From Vicinamibacterales bacterium (GTDB lineage: Bacteria > Acidobacteriota > Vicinamibacteria > Vicinamibacterales > UBA8438), in NCBI GenBank assembly GCA_965116845.1, contig OZ220728.1, forward strand, positions 4,333,268-4,397,267: a stretch of DNA of 64,000 nucleotides. Direction: 5' to 3'. Below the pieces are notes generated by a model that was given only the letters and a program-made list of their open reading frames with translations, was not told where the DNA came from and ran no database searches. Made by a program: the position numbers and the translations under genes. Numbering within the stretch: position 1 is the stretch's first letter; each line of letters begins with the position of its first letter. This document shows, in pieces, positions 17,517 to 26,549 of the stretch.

Positions 17517-19082
17517 TCACTGCGCAGGCAGCAGGTTCCGTTCGATCATCAAGCGGCGCAGCAGTCGTGCCGTGCTCTCGCGAACGTAGGAGGTCGCGTT
17601 CAGGGACGTGAACTCCGCCACCTCGAGCGGCGTCTGCCCGGCCTTGTCCTGCACGTCCAGCCGGGCGCCCCGGTCCACGAGGAACTGCACGATGGTGTCC
17701 GCTCCCCGCACGGCCGCGCCATGGAGCGCGGTCCACCCGCACACCAGGCCGGGGAGGTTCCGCGAACCGCCGCCGCCGGTGTAGTTGCGGGGGGTGCAGT
17801 CGGGGTCCGTCCCCTGCCGGTGATGGATGTCGGCACCGCGGTCCACCAGGAACCGGACGGCCTGCAGCGCGTCGACCTCCGAACCCGGCGTGGCCCCGTC
17901 CGTGAAGCCCACGCCCGCGGCCACCATGAGCGGCGTCGTGCCTCGTCGCGTCGCATGGTGGACGTCCGCTCCGTGCTCCGCCAGCACGCGCATCGTGCGG
18001 ATGTCGCCGGCACGGGCCGCCTGCCAGAACCCCGTGACGCCCAGCATCGCCTGTGGCTCCACGGAGAAGCCCGTGATGATGCCTCCGCCGAGCGCCTGCG
18101 TCAGTCCGGCGTTCACGTCGGCCCCGGCCGCGAGGAGCACCGCCAGCAGGTCCCGCGCATCGAGCCTGCCGGTGCCGGTCACCTCCGCGTCCGGCCCCAT
18201 CAGGCCCTCCCAGTTCATCGTCGACACCAGTGCGTGCAGCGCCGTCTGCCCCTCGCTGTCGGCATTCGGATCGGCACCCTGCTCCAGGAGATACCGCGCG
18301 AGCTCGTAGTGGGCATTCCCGATGGCCAGGACCAGCGCGGTCGTTCCTCGAGGCCAACCATCGTCCTCGTCATCGTCGCCTGCGCCGGCAGCGCCCGGCG
18401 CACCTCGCGGCGCAGGCAGTCTCTCGTTGGCGCTGGCACCGGCTCCGATCAACAGCCTGACCGACTCGAGATCGCCGGCCCGAACCGCAAACAACAGGGG
18501 CGTGAAGCCGACGACCGAGCGGGCGTGCACGTCGGCCCCCCGGGCGAGCAGGAGACGGACCAGGGAGGGATGCATCTCGGCCGCGGCCGTCATCAGGAGG
18601 GTCTGACCGCTTGCGAGCTCCGTCGCGCCGAGGTCCGCCCCGTGCGCGATCAGCAGCTGCACGACGTCGACGCTGCCGGTGCGTACGGCCGTCATGAGCG
18701 CCGTCTCGCCTTCGGTCCGGGCCTCGGGATCCGCTCCGGCGTCGAGGAGCCGGGCCACCACCTCCGCGCTCCGGTTGGTGCAGGCGAGCGAGAGCGGGGT
18801 CACGCCGTAGTCGTTGGTGAGGTTGACGTCCGCGCCCGCGCCGATCAGCAGCTCCACGATCGCCGGGTCGTCACGGTGCGCCGCCCAGTGGAGCGCGGTC
18901 GTGCCGTCGGGCTCGGGGGTATCGACGTCCATCCGTCCGGCGTCCAGGAGCGTGCGCACCGTCGCCGAGTCCCCTGCCCTGGCGGCTGCCACGACCGATT
19001 CGCCAGGCTGGACGGCCGCGCCTCCCGCGGTCAGCAGGAAGACCAGCATCGACAGCGCACCGAACCAACCCGGGCGCATCAT
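17517..19082 (-). CDS. Sec-exported ankyrin-repeat protein (about 10 or more repeats)
   Basis: ATG 19082 lies 7 nt after AGGAGG. Signal MMRPGWFGALSMLVFLLTAGGAAV. Repeated G.TALHWAA...VELLI.AGADVN units run throughout. Confidence 0.85.
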   Translation of the reverse strand: MMRPGWFGALSMLVFLLTAGGAAVQPGESVVAAARAGDSATVRTLLDAGRMDVDTPEPDGTTALHWAAHRDDPAIVELLIGAGADVNLTNDYGVTPLSLACTNRSAEVVARLLDAGADPEARTEGETALMTAVRTGSVDVVQLLIAHGADLGATELASGQTLLMTAAAEMHPSLVRLLLARGADVHARSVVGFTPLLFAVRAGDLESVRLLIGAGASANERLPAPRGAPGAAGAGDDDEDDGWPRGTTALVLAIGNAHYELARYLLEQGADPNADSEGQTALHALVSTMNWEGLMGPDAEVTGTGRLDARDLLAVLLAAGADVNAGLTQALGGGIITGFSVEPQAMLGVTGFWQAARAGDIRTMRVLAEHGADVHHATRRGTTPLMVAAGVGFTDGATPGSEVDALQAVRFLVDRGADIHHRQGTDPDCTPRNYTGGGGSRNLPGLVCGWTALHGAAVRGADTIVQFLVDRGARLDVQDKAGQTPLEVAEFTSLNATSYVRESTARLLRRLMIERNLLPAQ

Positions 19083-19199
19083 CACGACCTCCTGCTTCAC
19101 GACCTCCCGCCTCGAGGCCGGCGTGCTACGGACCCGCCCGCGCCGTAAGCCACGCACGCAGGGTGCGACAGAGGCCCCGGCTGCGTCACGCCCCGGCAC

Positions 19200-20549
19200 T
19201 CACACATCCGGGAGCGTTTCGGTCACGCCCGCCGCATTGCCGAACTGCTCCGCCGGCGCCCCGAACTTGTCCAGCAGGCTCAGCAGCAGGCTCGACATCG
19301 GCGTGCGATGCGGATAGACGAGGTGCCGTCCGCCCCTGAGGGCGCCCGCGCCGCCTCCGGCCAGGACGACGGGCAGCGGATAGTGCGCGTGGGTCTGCGG
19401 ATCGGCCATCCCGCCGCCGTACAGCAGCAGCGAGTGGTCGAGCAGAGAGCCGTCGCCGTCGGGGGTCGCGCGGAGCTTCTCGAGGAACGACGCGAAGCCC
19501 TGCACGTGATAGGCGTTCACCCGGGCCAGCTTCGCGATCTTCTCGGGGTTGTACTGATGGTGCGACAGATTGTGGTGCCCCTCCGGCACGCCGATGCTCG
19601 GATAGGTGCGGGTGGTCGTCTCGCGTCCGAGGAGCAGGGTCGTCACCCGCGTCAGGTCGGCCTGGAAAGCCACCACCTGCAGGTCGTACATCAGCGCCAT
19701 GTGCTCGTCGAAGGTCTCGGGAACGCCGAGCGGGGTCGCGGGCGGCTGCAGCGGATTCTCCCGGTTGCGGCTCTCCACCAACTGGATGCGGCGTTCGACA
19801 TCCCGAATGCTGTCGAGGTACTGGTCCAGCTTCTGCCGATCCCGGGGACCGAGCCGCCCCGAGAGCCGCCCCAGCTTGGCGCCGACCGCGTCGAGGATGC
19901 TGGCGTTCTCGCGGTTGATGCGGCTGCGCTCCTCGGCGCTCGCCCCGTCTCCGAAGAGCCGTTCGAAGACGACGCGGGGGTTCATCTCCATCGGCAACGG
20001 GAGCGTCGGCGAGCGCCAGGAGATCGTGTTGACGTACGCGCAGGCGTACCCCGCATCGCAGTCGCCGACGAACTCGGCCGAATCGAGCGCCAGCTCCAGC
20101 GACGAGAGCGGCGTGTCCCGACCGATCTGCTGCGCGATGAGCTGATCGACGGTGGTGCCGGCCCGGACCTCCACGCCGGCAGTCTTCTTCGCACGCACGC
20201 CGGTCAGGTACACGGCCGAGCTGCGGGCGTGCTCGCCGGCCCCGTCGTTCTCCGACTCGGCGTTCGCATGACCCAGGTTGCTCAGCACGACCACCTGATC
20301 GCGAAGCGGCTCGAGCGACTGCAGCGTCGGCGAGAACCGGAACCCCTCCCCCGTTTCGACCGGGGTCCAGGAGTCCATCGCCGCGCCGTTCGGGATGTAC
20401 ACGAATCCGATGCGCCGCACCGGCTTCGCCGGGGTCCTGGCCAGCGCGGTCAGGGCTGGCGCCATGGCGTCCAGCAGCGGCAGGGCCACCATCGCCCCCA
20501 TCCCTCGGAGCACCGTCCGCCTCGGCAGGGCCGCTCTCGTGATGAACAT
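19200..20549 (-). CDS. DUF1552 domain-containing protein (Tat signal)
   Basis: MFITRAALPRRTVLRGMGAMVALPLLDAM is the typical N-terminus of this family. Paired with the upstream DUF1592-family gene. Confidence 0.85.
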   Translation of the reverse strand: MFITRAALPRRTVLRGMGAMVALPLLDAMAPALTALARTPAKPVRRIGFVYIPNGAAMDSWTPVETGEGFRFSPTLQSLEPLRDQVVVLSNLGHANAESENDGAGEHARSSAVYLTGVRAKKTAGVEVRAGTTVDQLIAQQIGRDTPLSSLELALDSAEFVGDCDAGYACAYVNTISWRSPTLPLPMEMNPRVVFERLFGDGASAEERSRINRENASILDAVGAKLGRLSGRLGPRDRQKLDQYLDSIRDVERRIQLVESRNRENPLQPPATPLGVPETFDEHMALMYDLQVVAFQADLTRVTTLLLGRETTTRTYPSIGVPEGHHNLSHHQYNPEKIAKLARVNAYHVQGFASFLEKLRATPDGDGSLLDHSLLLYGGGMADPQTHAHYPLPVVLAGGGAGALRGGRHLVYPHRTPMSSLLLSLLDKFGAPAEQFGNAAGVTETLPDV

Positions 20550-20587
20550 CCGTCTGCCTCGAGCCTGTCTGCTGCCAGTCTCCGCCG

Positions 20588-23107
20588 TCACGGCTGCGCC
20601 AGGAGTCTGCGCCGCGGAACCGGCGCTGCAAGAGTCTCGCGCGCGCGCAGGCTCCCAACGCGCCCGTCAGGGCGCGCCAGCGCATCGGCGTCCGGCTCCG
20701 GCACCCTTCTCAACTGAAAGGGCGCGCTCCGGACGACGCCCAACACGATGGACGAAAAGCGGTAGTCGGTCGCTGCCGCATCCCGCAGGATGCCGCGGAC
20801 GGCCGGCATGTCGCGGTACTCGACCCCGCGCCCCAGGGCGTAGGTGAGCAGCTTCTCGGTGAGCGTCTGCACGAACTGGTCGGAGCGGCCCACGAGGATG
20901 TCGCGCAGACCGGCCGCCCCCTCGAACGCCGTCCCGTCCGGCATCACGCCGGAGACGTCGATCGGCTCGGCGGAGCTCCCGCGTACCGTTCGAAGATGGC
21001 CGACCGCGTCGAAAGACTCGAGCGCGAGACCCAGCGGATCCATCTGGTTGTGGCAGCCCGCGCAGGCCGGGTTCGCGCGATGGCGCTCCATGCGTTCGCG
21101 CATCGTCAGGCGCGACAGGTCGGCCGCGTCCTGGAGCGGTGGCACGCCGGGAGGCGGCTCCGGAGGCGGCGTCCCGAGGATGTTCTCCAGGATCCACTTC
21201 CCGCGGACCACCGGCGACGTCCGTGTGGCGTGGGAGGTGACCGTCAGCAGGCTCCCCTGCCCCAGCAGCCCGCCCCGCTGATCGTCATCCGCCAATGCGA
21301 TGCGCCGGAAGCGGCTTCCGTACACCCCCTCGATCCCGTAGTGCCGCGCCAGCCGCTCGTTGACGAACGTGTAGTTCGCGGTCAGCAGATCGATGACGCT
21401 GCGATCCTCCCGCAGGATGCTGTCGAACAGCAGCTCCGTCTCCTGCCGCATCGCCTGCCGCAGGTTGTCGTCGTAGTCCGGGTACAGGGCCCCGTTGGGG
21501 TACGTCGCGCCCATGTTGCGGGTGTACAGCCACTGCGCGGCAAAGTTGTTCACCAGCTCTTCCGCGCGCGGATCGACCAGCATGCGGCGTACCTGCTGCT
21601 CCAGGACCGCCGGCTCGCGCAGCCGCCCGGCTTCCGCCAGCGCCAGCAGCTCCTCGTCCGGAATGCTGCTCCAGAGAAAGAACGACAGCCGCGAAGCGAG
21701 CTCCAGGTCACTGACCGGATGGGCAATGCCCGTTGCGGAACCCGGGAGCGCCTCCTCGATCCGGAACAGGAACTCCGGCTGCACCAGCAGCGCGCGCAGC
21801 GCCATCTGGATTCCGGACTCGAAGCCCGCCGTCCGTCGCGCGGTCTCATAGTGAACGAGCAGCTCCCGCACCTCTGCGTCGGTAGGCGGCCGGCGGTACG
21901 CGCGCCGGGCCAGGGCGCCGACGATCTCCTCGGCGCAGGGAGCCTCCTCGGCCACCGTCTCGGGATGGCAGACGAATATGCGCCGCCGGCTCGGCGTGTC
22001 CCCGGAGCCGGTGACGCGATACGGCCCCTCGACGAACACCCGGTGAACCTGCGGCAGCCCGGAAACGCTGCCGTAGCTGACGTTGCTCGCGATGTACGGC
22101 TTCCGCAGCAGCGGCCGGGATCCCGGCCGAAACTCGATGCCCCCCGTCTCCCGCTGCGCGTGGCTCTGCTTGGGGAACGTGACGGTGATCTCGTGCAGGC
22201 CAGCCGTCACCGGGACCCGCACGACCAGGTGCGAATCGAGATCGTGACCGCGGACATCCTGGCCGAAGTACCGGCCGATGCCCCCGGCTTCGAGCCGCTT
22301 CACGAACGCCCCGTCCAGGCGGACATCCACCGGCTGCACGAGAGCCAGCCCGCGCACGGTCCCCCAGGTGGTTCGAGCGAGCCGGACCCGAATGTCGTAC
22401 TCGCCGTCGACCGGGAACGTGTGGCGAATCACCGTGCCGCCGCGCGTCCCGAACGGCAATCCGTCGACGTGGTAATCCTGGGAGAGATCGGGGGCGACGC
22501 TGTAAGTCGAGGCCGTGGGCGCGATCGACGTATCCCCGACCGCGGCCCGGCTGATCCTCAGGGCGGCCGACAGATAGCGCTCCAGCATGTACGGCGAGAC
22601 GTTGAGGACCTCGGCGATGTTGTCGAAGCCGTAGCTCGAATCGTCGGGCGGCAACACGGAGGCCACGTCGATCTCGAGCGCCAGCAAGTCCCGGATCGCG
22701 TTGCCGTACTCCGTCCGGTTCAGGCGGTGCAGGGTGCGACGCCCCGGATCGGGGTCGGCCGCGGCCGCACGGTCGACAGCTCCTTCCAGCGTGGCGACGA
22801 CGCGGTCGACGGTGGCTGCGTCCGGTCGCCGCCGCCCCGCCGGCGGCATCAGCCCCCCGCGCAGCTTGCGGATTGCCTTCTCCCACACCTCCGCGCCCGC
22901 GGCGATGTGATGCGTGTCCGCCCGGTCGAGCAGCAGGTCGGCCGTCCGGAGCCGTTCGTTGTGGCACGCCACGCAGTACGTGTCGAGCACCTCTCGGAGC
23001 TCGGCGCCGGACATCGGGGGCGCATGCTCCTGCGCTCCGACGCTCCCGCTCGCCCCACCGACGGACAGCACCCACGCCGCCACGAGCGCGCAAGCCAGCC
23101 GTTTCAT
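20588..23107 (-). CDS. DUF1592/DUF1595/DUF1587/DUF1588/DUF1585 family protein with cytochrome c motifs
   Basis: ATG 23107 with a signal peptide. CVACHNERLRTADLLLD (planctomycete cytochrome C-type CxxCH), HRLNRTEYGNAIRDLL, and C-terminal NPACAGCHNQMDPLGLALESFD. Confidence 0.85.
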   Translation of the reverse strand: MKRLACALVAAWVLSVGGASGSVGAQEHAPPMSGAELREVLDTYCVACHNERLRTADLLLDRADTHHIAAGAEVWEKAIRKLRGGLMPPAGRRRPDAATVDRVVATLEGAVDRAAAADPDPGRRTLHRLNRTEYGNAIRDLLALEIDVASVLPPDDSSYGFDNIAEVLNVSPYMLERYLSAALRISRAAVGDTSIAPTASTYSVAPDLSQDYHVDGLPFGTRGGTVIRHTFPVDGEYDIRVRLARTTWGTVRGLALVQPVDVRLDGAFVKRLEAGGIGRYFGQDVRGHDLDSHLVVRVPVTAGLHEITVTFPKQSHAQRETGGIEFRPGSRPLLRKPYIASNVSYGSVSGLPQVHRVFVEGPYRVTGSGDTPSRRRIFVCHPETVAEEAPCAEEIVGALARRAYRRPPTDAEVRELLVHYETARRTAGFESGIQMALRALLVQPEFLFRIEEALPGSATGIAHPVSDLELASRLSFFLWSSIPDEELLALAEAGRLREPAVLEQQVRRMLVDPRAEELVNNFAAQWLYTRNMGATYPNGALYPDYDDNLRQAMRQETELLFDSILREDRSVIDLLTANYTFVNERLARHYGIEGVYGSRFRRIALADDDQRGGLLGQGSLLTVTSHATRTSPVVRGKWILENILGTPPPEPPPGVPPLQDAADLSRLTMRERMERHRANPACAGCHNQMDPLGLALESFDAVGHLRTVRGSSAEPIDVSGVMPDGTAFEGAAGLRDILVGRSDQFVQTLTEKLLTYALGRGVEYRDMPAVRGILRDAAATDYRFSSIVLGVVRSAPFQLRRVPEPDADALARPDGRVGSLRARETLAAPVPRRRLLAQP

Positions 23108-23256
23108 GCCGTCACCGTCTTCACAGGCAGGGTTCCCGGACTGACTGGATGTCCCCCGACGCCCACCTCGCCGCCAACGGCCGCTCCTGATCCGCCTCGC
23201 GCAACATAGCTCGGCAGGCACGGTTGCGCAACCCGGCGAGCGCGCCGACCGTGGAC

Positions 23257-23865
23257 TCAGCCGCCGCGCCAGCCGACGCTTGCCGCCCACTCGTCGCGCG
23301 CTCTCACGTACGCCTGATGAGCTGCCGGCGGCCGCTCTCCCTCGGCCCCCGCCCGGCTGCGCGCCTTCTCGATCTGTTCCTCCAGCGGGGGGAGCCCGAC
23401 GGCGAGTCGGCGCTCGGCCAGCCGATGCGGGTCCTCCACCTCGCCTGGAGAGAGCTTCCCCTCGACGTCCCAATCCAGCTGGGTCCCGTACCGCTGGGGC
23501 CGGCCCTCGAAGAACCGGATCCGGTCCTCGAGCATGGCCGCGTGGGCTGGGTCCGCCCGTCCCTCCCGCGCGGCCGTCTCGAGGAGAGCTGACGCGCTGC
23601 GGAGCAGGTCGGGCTCGGCGATCGCGTGTTGCAGGATCAGCCAGGCAGCCTCTGCGCCGTCGGGACCGACGAGGTCCGTCCCCGGCCATCCGACGGACTC
23701 GATCACTCGCCGCAGGCGTTGCGCATTCCGCGCATGGACGCGGGCCATCCGGGGCTCGTAGCCGGCGTCGAACAGGCTGCCCGAGGCGGCGAGCTCAGCC
23801 CGCGTGACGCGGTCCAGCGCAGCCATCTCCAGGAGGTCCCGCCGGAGAGACTCGTTCCTCGGCAT
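23257..23865 (-). CDS. hypothetical protein (possibly DUF6624-like)
   Basis: 202-aa ORF with normal composition. The GWPG..LVG..GA.AAWLILQH motif is one I associate with DUF6624. No search possible. Confidence 0.55.
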   Translation of the reverse strand: MPRNESLRRDLLEMAALDRVTRAELAASGSLFDAGYEPRMARVHARNAQRLRRVIESVGWPGTDLVGPDGAEAAWLILQHAIAEPDLLRSASALLETAAREGRADPAHAAMLEDRIRFFEGRPQRYGTQLDWDVEGKLSPGEVEDPHRLAERRLAVGLPPLEEQIEKARSRAGAEGERPPAAHQAYVRARDEWAASVGWRGG

Positions 23866-24003
23866 CGTCGAACCGTGCGGCAGCCGGGTGCTACGACCGG
23901 CCTACGGGGTCACGTCCCACGACCGCTCCCAGGGCCGGAGCGGACGCCGTCGGGCGATGAGGGGCAGGTCCTGCCGCTGCAACTCCGCTGGAGCAAGGCG
24001 CAC

Positions 24004-24225
24004 TCACTCGACGCCGGTCACCACGGACCACAGGTACAGCAACATGCCGGCACCCATGAGCGCCGCGCCCGGCACGGCGAACAGGAAGAACGAGACCGGG
24101 TGGTTCCAGAAGAACGTGGCCAGCTCCACGCCGAGCCCCGACACGATCAGCAGGCCGGACAGCCGCAGCCGCCCGGGCAGTCCCCCCGGCAGCCGCGGCA
24201 GGCGTCCCCGGCTCCTCGTGCTCAT
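24004..24225 (-). CDS. small two-helix membrane protein, translationally coupled to the NapC/NirT-like gene
   Basis: 73 aa, two hydrophobic helices. ATGA start/stop overlap with the upstream gene at 24222-24225. Confidence 0.5.
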   Translation of the reverse strand: MSTRSRGRLPRLPGGLPGRLRLSGLLIVSGLGVELATFFWNHPVSFFLFAVPGAALMGAGMLLYLWSVVTGVE

Positions 24226-24839
24226 CGTGCGGTCCCCGGGTCCCAGCGCGGGAACCGATCGAGTTGCGCCACTTCATGTACCAGGTTGTGGCACATCACG
24301 CAGGACCTCGTCCCCTCCCGCAGGTCGGCCAGAAAGCGTGCATGGGCGGCCTGCTCCTCGTAGGAGCGGCCGCCCCGGTGGCAGGCGAGGCACGCGCGGT
24401 TCTCGAACGGCTCGTAGAGCTCGACGGGATCGGAGACCGTCCCCCACACGGCGTGCCACACGTGCCGCACGCCCCGCACCTTGTCGTCGACGCCGCCGAA
24501 CATCGTGTAGTTCGTATGGCAGGTGTAACAGGCGCGGTCCACGGGAACGCGCCGGTTCTGGTAGTGCGCCGCCGGCAGGAACCGCGGATCGTCGACGAGG
24601 AGGCTCTGCCGCCAGGGCTCCATCCGGTGACAGGACAGGCAGAACGTCGTCGTCTTGGCCTGCTCGTAGTGCCGGACCGCGCCGCCCAGCAGCACGAGCC
24701 CGGGCAGCGCGAAGAGGGCCGCGAAGGCGGCGATCCTGCCCCCGAGCGTGGCCGCCGCCTCGGGGCGGCGGACCACGACCGCGATGAGCACAAGGGCCGC
24801 AACGGCGAGGACGCCCAGGCTGAGGTCGGCGCCGGTCAT
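24222..24839 (-). CDS. NapC/NirT-family tetrahaem cytochrome c (membrane-anchored)
   Basis: Four CxxCH motifs (CLSCH, CYTCH, CLACH, CVMCH). N-terminal hydrophobic helices. Confidence 0.85.
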   Translation of the reverse strand: MTGADLSLGVLAVAALVLIAVVVRRPEAAATLGGRIAAFAALFALPGLVLLGGAVRHYEQAKTTTFCLSCHRMEPWRQSLLVDDPRFLPAAHYQNRRVPVDRACYTCHTNYTMFGGVDDKVRGVRHVWHAVWGTVSDPVELYEPFENRACLACHRGGRSYEEQAAHARFLADLREGTRSCVMCHNLVHEVAQLDRFPRWDPGTAR

Positions 24840-24861
24840 CGAAGAGGCTCCGTGCCGCCGT

Positions 24862-26160
24862 CTAGCGGCGCTCGCGCAACTCCTCGGCCAGCGTCCGGAT
24901 CTCGGTCAGGTCCTGCACCATCTCGCTCCAGCCGTACCACAGGGAGTAGTCGGGGTTGTTGTGGAAGGCGCCCTGGAAGGTCCGCATCCGGTGCTCCAGG
25001 TGCATCCTGAACAGGCGCTGCTCGATCACGGACGGCGCGTCGTGGAACGCCAGCAGGTCCGGGTAGTCGTAGGCGTAGTGGTCCGGCTTGCGCAGCACGC
25101 CGTCGGCGTAGAGATCGGCGACGATGCGGATGGCTTCGGCCAGCAGGCGGTCCGCCTCCCGGATCATGTCGTCGCCCTTCTGGAGCTCCGCGCGCACGAA
25201 GTTGCCCGAGTGGCACTCCTCGCAGACCGCGATCATGCGGTCCCGTTCCCGCTGCCAGTCCTCCTGGGTCAGCCGGGCGACGTCGGCCTGCTCGACGACC
25301 TCCAGGCGCGGCGTCGGGTTGCCTTCGGGGTCGAGCACCCCGAGGGCCTGCAGGATGGTCGCCTGGTCGGCCGCCCACGCCGGATCCTCGGACAGGGGCA
25401 GGCGCACAGCCAGGAACCCCCACGCGGTCCGGACCTCGTGGTCTCCCTGCGGCATGTGACACGTTTGGCAGGTGGGCGCAGCGGCCTCGTCCGGCAGCGT
25501 CCCGTTCTGCTTCAGGAGGTGCCGCACGCCGTGCTTCGACGACGAGTACATCTCCCACTGCGGGTGGTCGATGCCCATGTGGCACGTCCGGCACGCCTGC
25601 GGCTCCCGCGCCTCCGCCACCGAGAACAGGTGGCGGGTATGACAGGCGTCGCACGACGCCAGGCCGAACGTGGCGCCGTCGGCCCGCAACTGCCGCATGT
25701 CGTCCTCGGTCTTGATCCCGACCCGGTGGCACCCGCCGCAGCCCTTCATGCCCTCGGTGAGCGCCATCGGCAGCCAGTGCGTCGTCGGCATCGCGTTCAT
25801 GCTGGCCCACGCCAGGGCGTGCTTGCCGCCCGTGAACTGCTCCGCCTGGATCGGATGGCAGTCCGCGCACACCTCGACGGTCGCCATCCAGACGAGGGCG
25901 ACGTCTTCCGCCGTGCGGTGCCCGTCGCCGTGACACAGGCTGCACTCGACGCCTGCCTCTCTGTGCCGGCTCAGCTCCCAGTCCGTGACGACACCGGGCG
26001 TCGCCTCGCGATGACACCCGACGCAGGAGGAAGCATCGGCGGCCTCGGGGGGAGCGTCCCCGCCGCCGCACGCGGCGAGGCACGCAACGAGGAACGGGAG
26101 GCACCACGCCGCGACGGTGAAACGACGGCCGTCAGGAAGCAGCGCCATCACTCCCATCAT
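24862..26160 (-). CDS. octahaem cytochrome c of the hydroxylamine oxidoreductase (HAO) family, lipoprotein-type signal
   Basis: Eight CxxCH motifs (CVGCH, CSLCH, CADCH, CGGCH, CDACH, CRTCH, CQTCH, CEECH). LVACLAAC lipobox. C-terminal FQGAFHNNPDYSLWYGWSEM region resembles HAO-family proteins. Confidence 0.8.
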   Translation of the reverse strand: MMGVMALLPDGRRFTVAAWCLPFLVACLAACGGGDAPPEAADASSCVGCHREATPGVVTDWELSRHREAGVECSLCHGDGHRTAEDVALVWMATVEVCADCHPIQAEQFTGGKHALAWASMNAMPTTHWLPMALTEGMKGCGGCHRVGIKTEDDMRQLRADGATFGLASCDACHTRHLFSVAEAREPQACRTCHMGIDHPQWEMYSSSKHGVRHLLKQNGTLPDEAAAPTCQTCHMPQGDHEVRTAWGFLAVRLPLSEDPAWAADQATILQALGVLDPEGNPTPRLEVVEQADVARLTQEDWQRERDRMIAVCEECHSGNFVRAELQKGDDMIREADRLLAEAIRIVADLYADGVLRKPDHYAYDYPDLLAFHDAPSVIEQRLFRMHLEHRMRTFQGAFHNNPDYSLWYGWSEMVQDLTEIRTLAEELRERR

Positions 26161-26549
26161 AGTAGGCCGCGCCGTTCGACGAGAATCGGCGCGCGCTCCT
26201 GGTCCAGCTCCCCCGCCCCTGTTCCGCAGCGCGGAGAGCGGCGAGGCCGATGTGAGCGCTCGCGGCTCGTGCCGGACGGCGCGAGCACGACCGCGCTGTC
26301 ATCGCGCGCTGATCAGCGCGCGCTCCGGGAGGCGGGCCTCCCGGGTGCAACCGACCGACGCACCCGCACCGGCCCGAGGTCGGGGCCGTCGGAGGTCCGT
26401 TCGCAAGGGACTGGAGGGCTGGATCATCGGTTGACGAGCGCGGCTACAATACGGGCACGCTCGGGGTGTCATATCCCGTTCCGGCGCGCTCTTTGTGCCG
26501 GAGATCGCCGTTCATCGGCTCGCCGGGTCTATCGAGGAGGACGAGAGTT

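Noticed and set aside
20550-20591. A longer DUF1552 start at GTG 20591, which would overlap the upstream stop as GTGA.
   Set aside because: The family-typical N-terminus MFITR..RRTVLRG begins at ATG 20549. The 14 extra residues (MTAETGSRQARGRR) precede the Tat motif and add nothing recognisable. The longer start cannot be strictly excluded.
26431-26450. TTGACG ... TACAAT, which looks like a perfect sigma-70 promoter upstream of the LPMO-like gene.
   Set aside because: The two hexamers are separated by only 8 nt instead of about 17, so they cannot act together as a -35/-10 pair. TACAAT alone might still be a -10 element, but that is not supportable from sequence.
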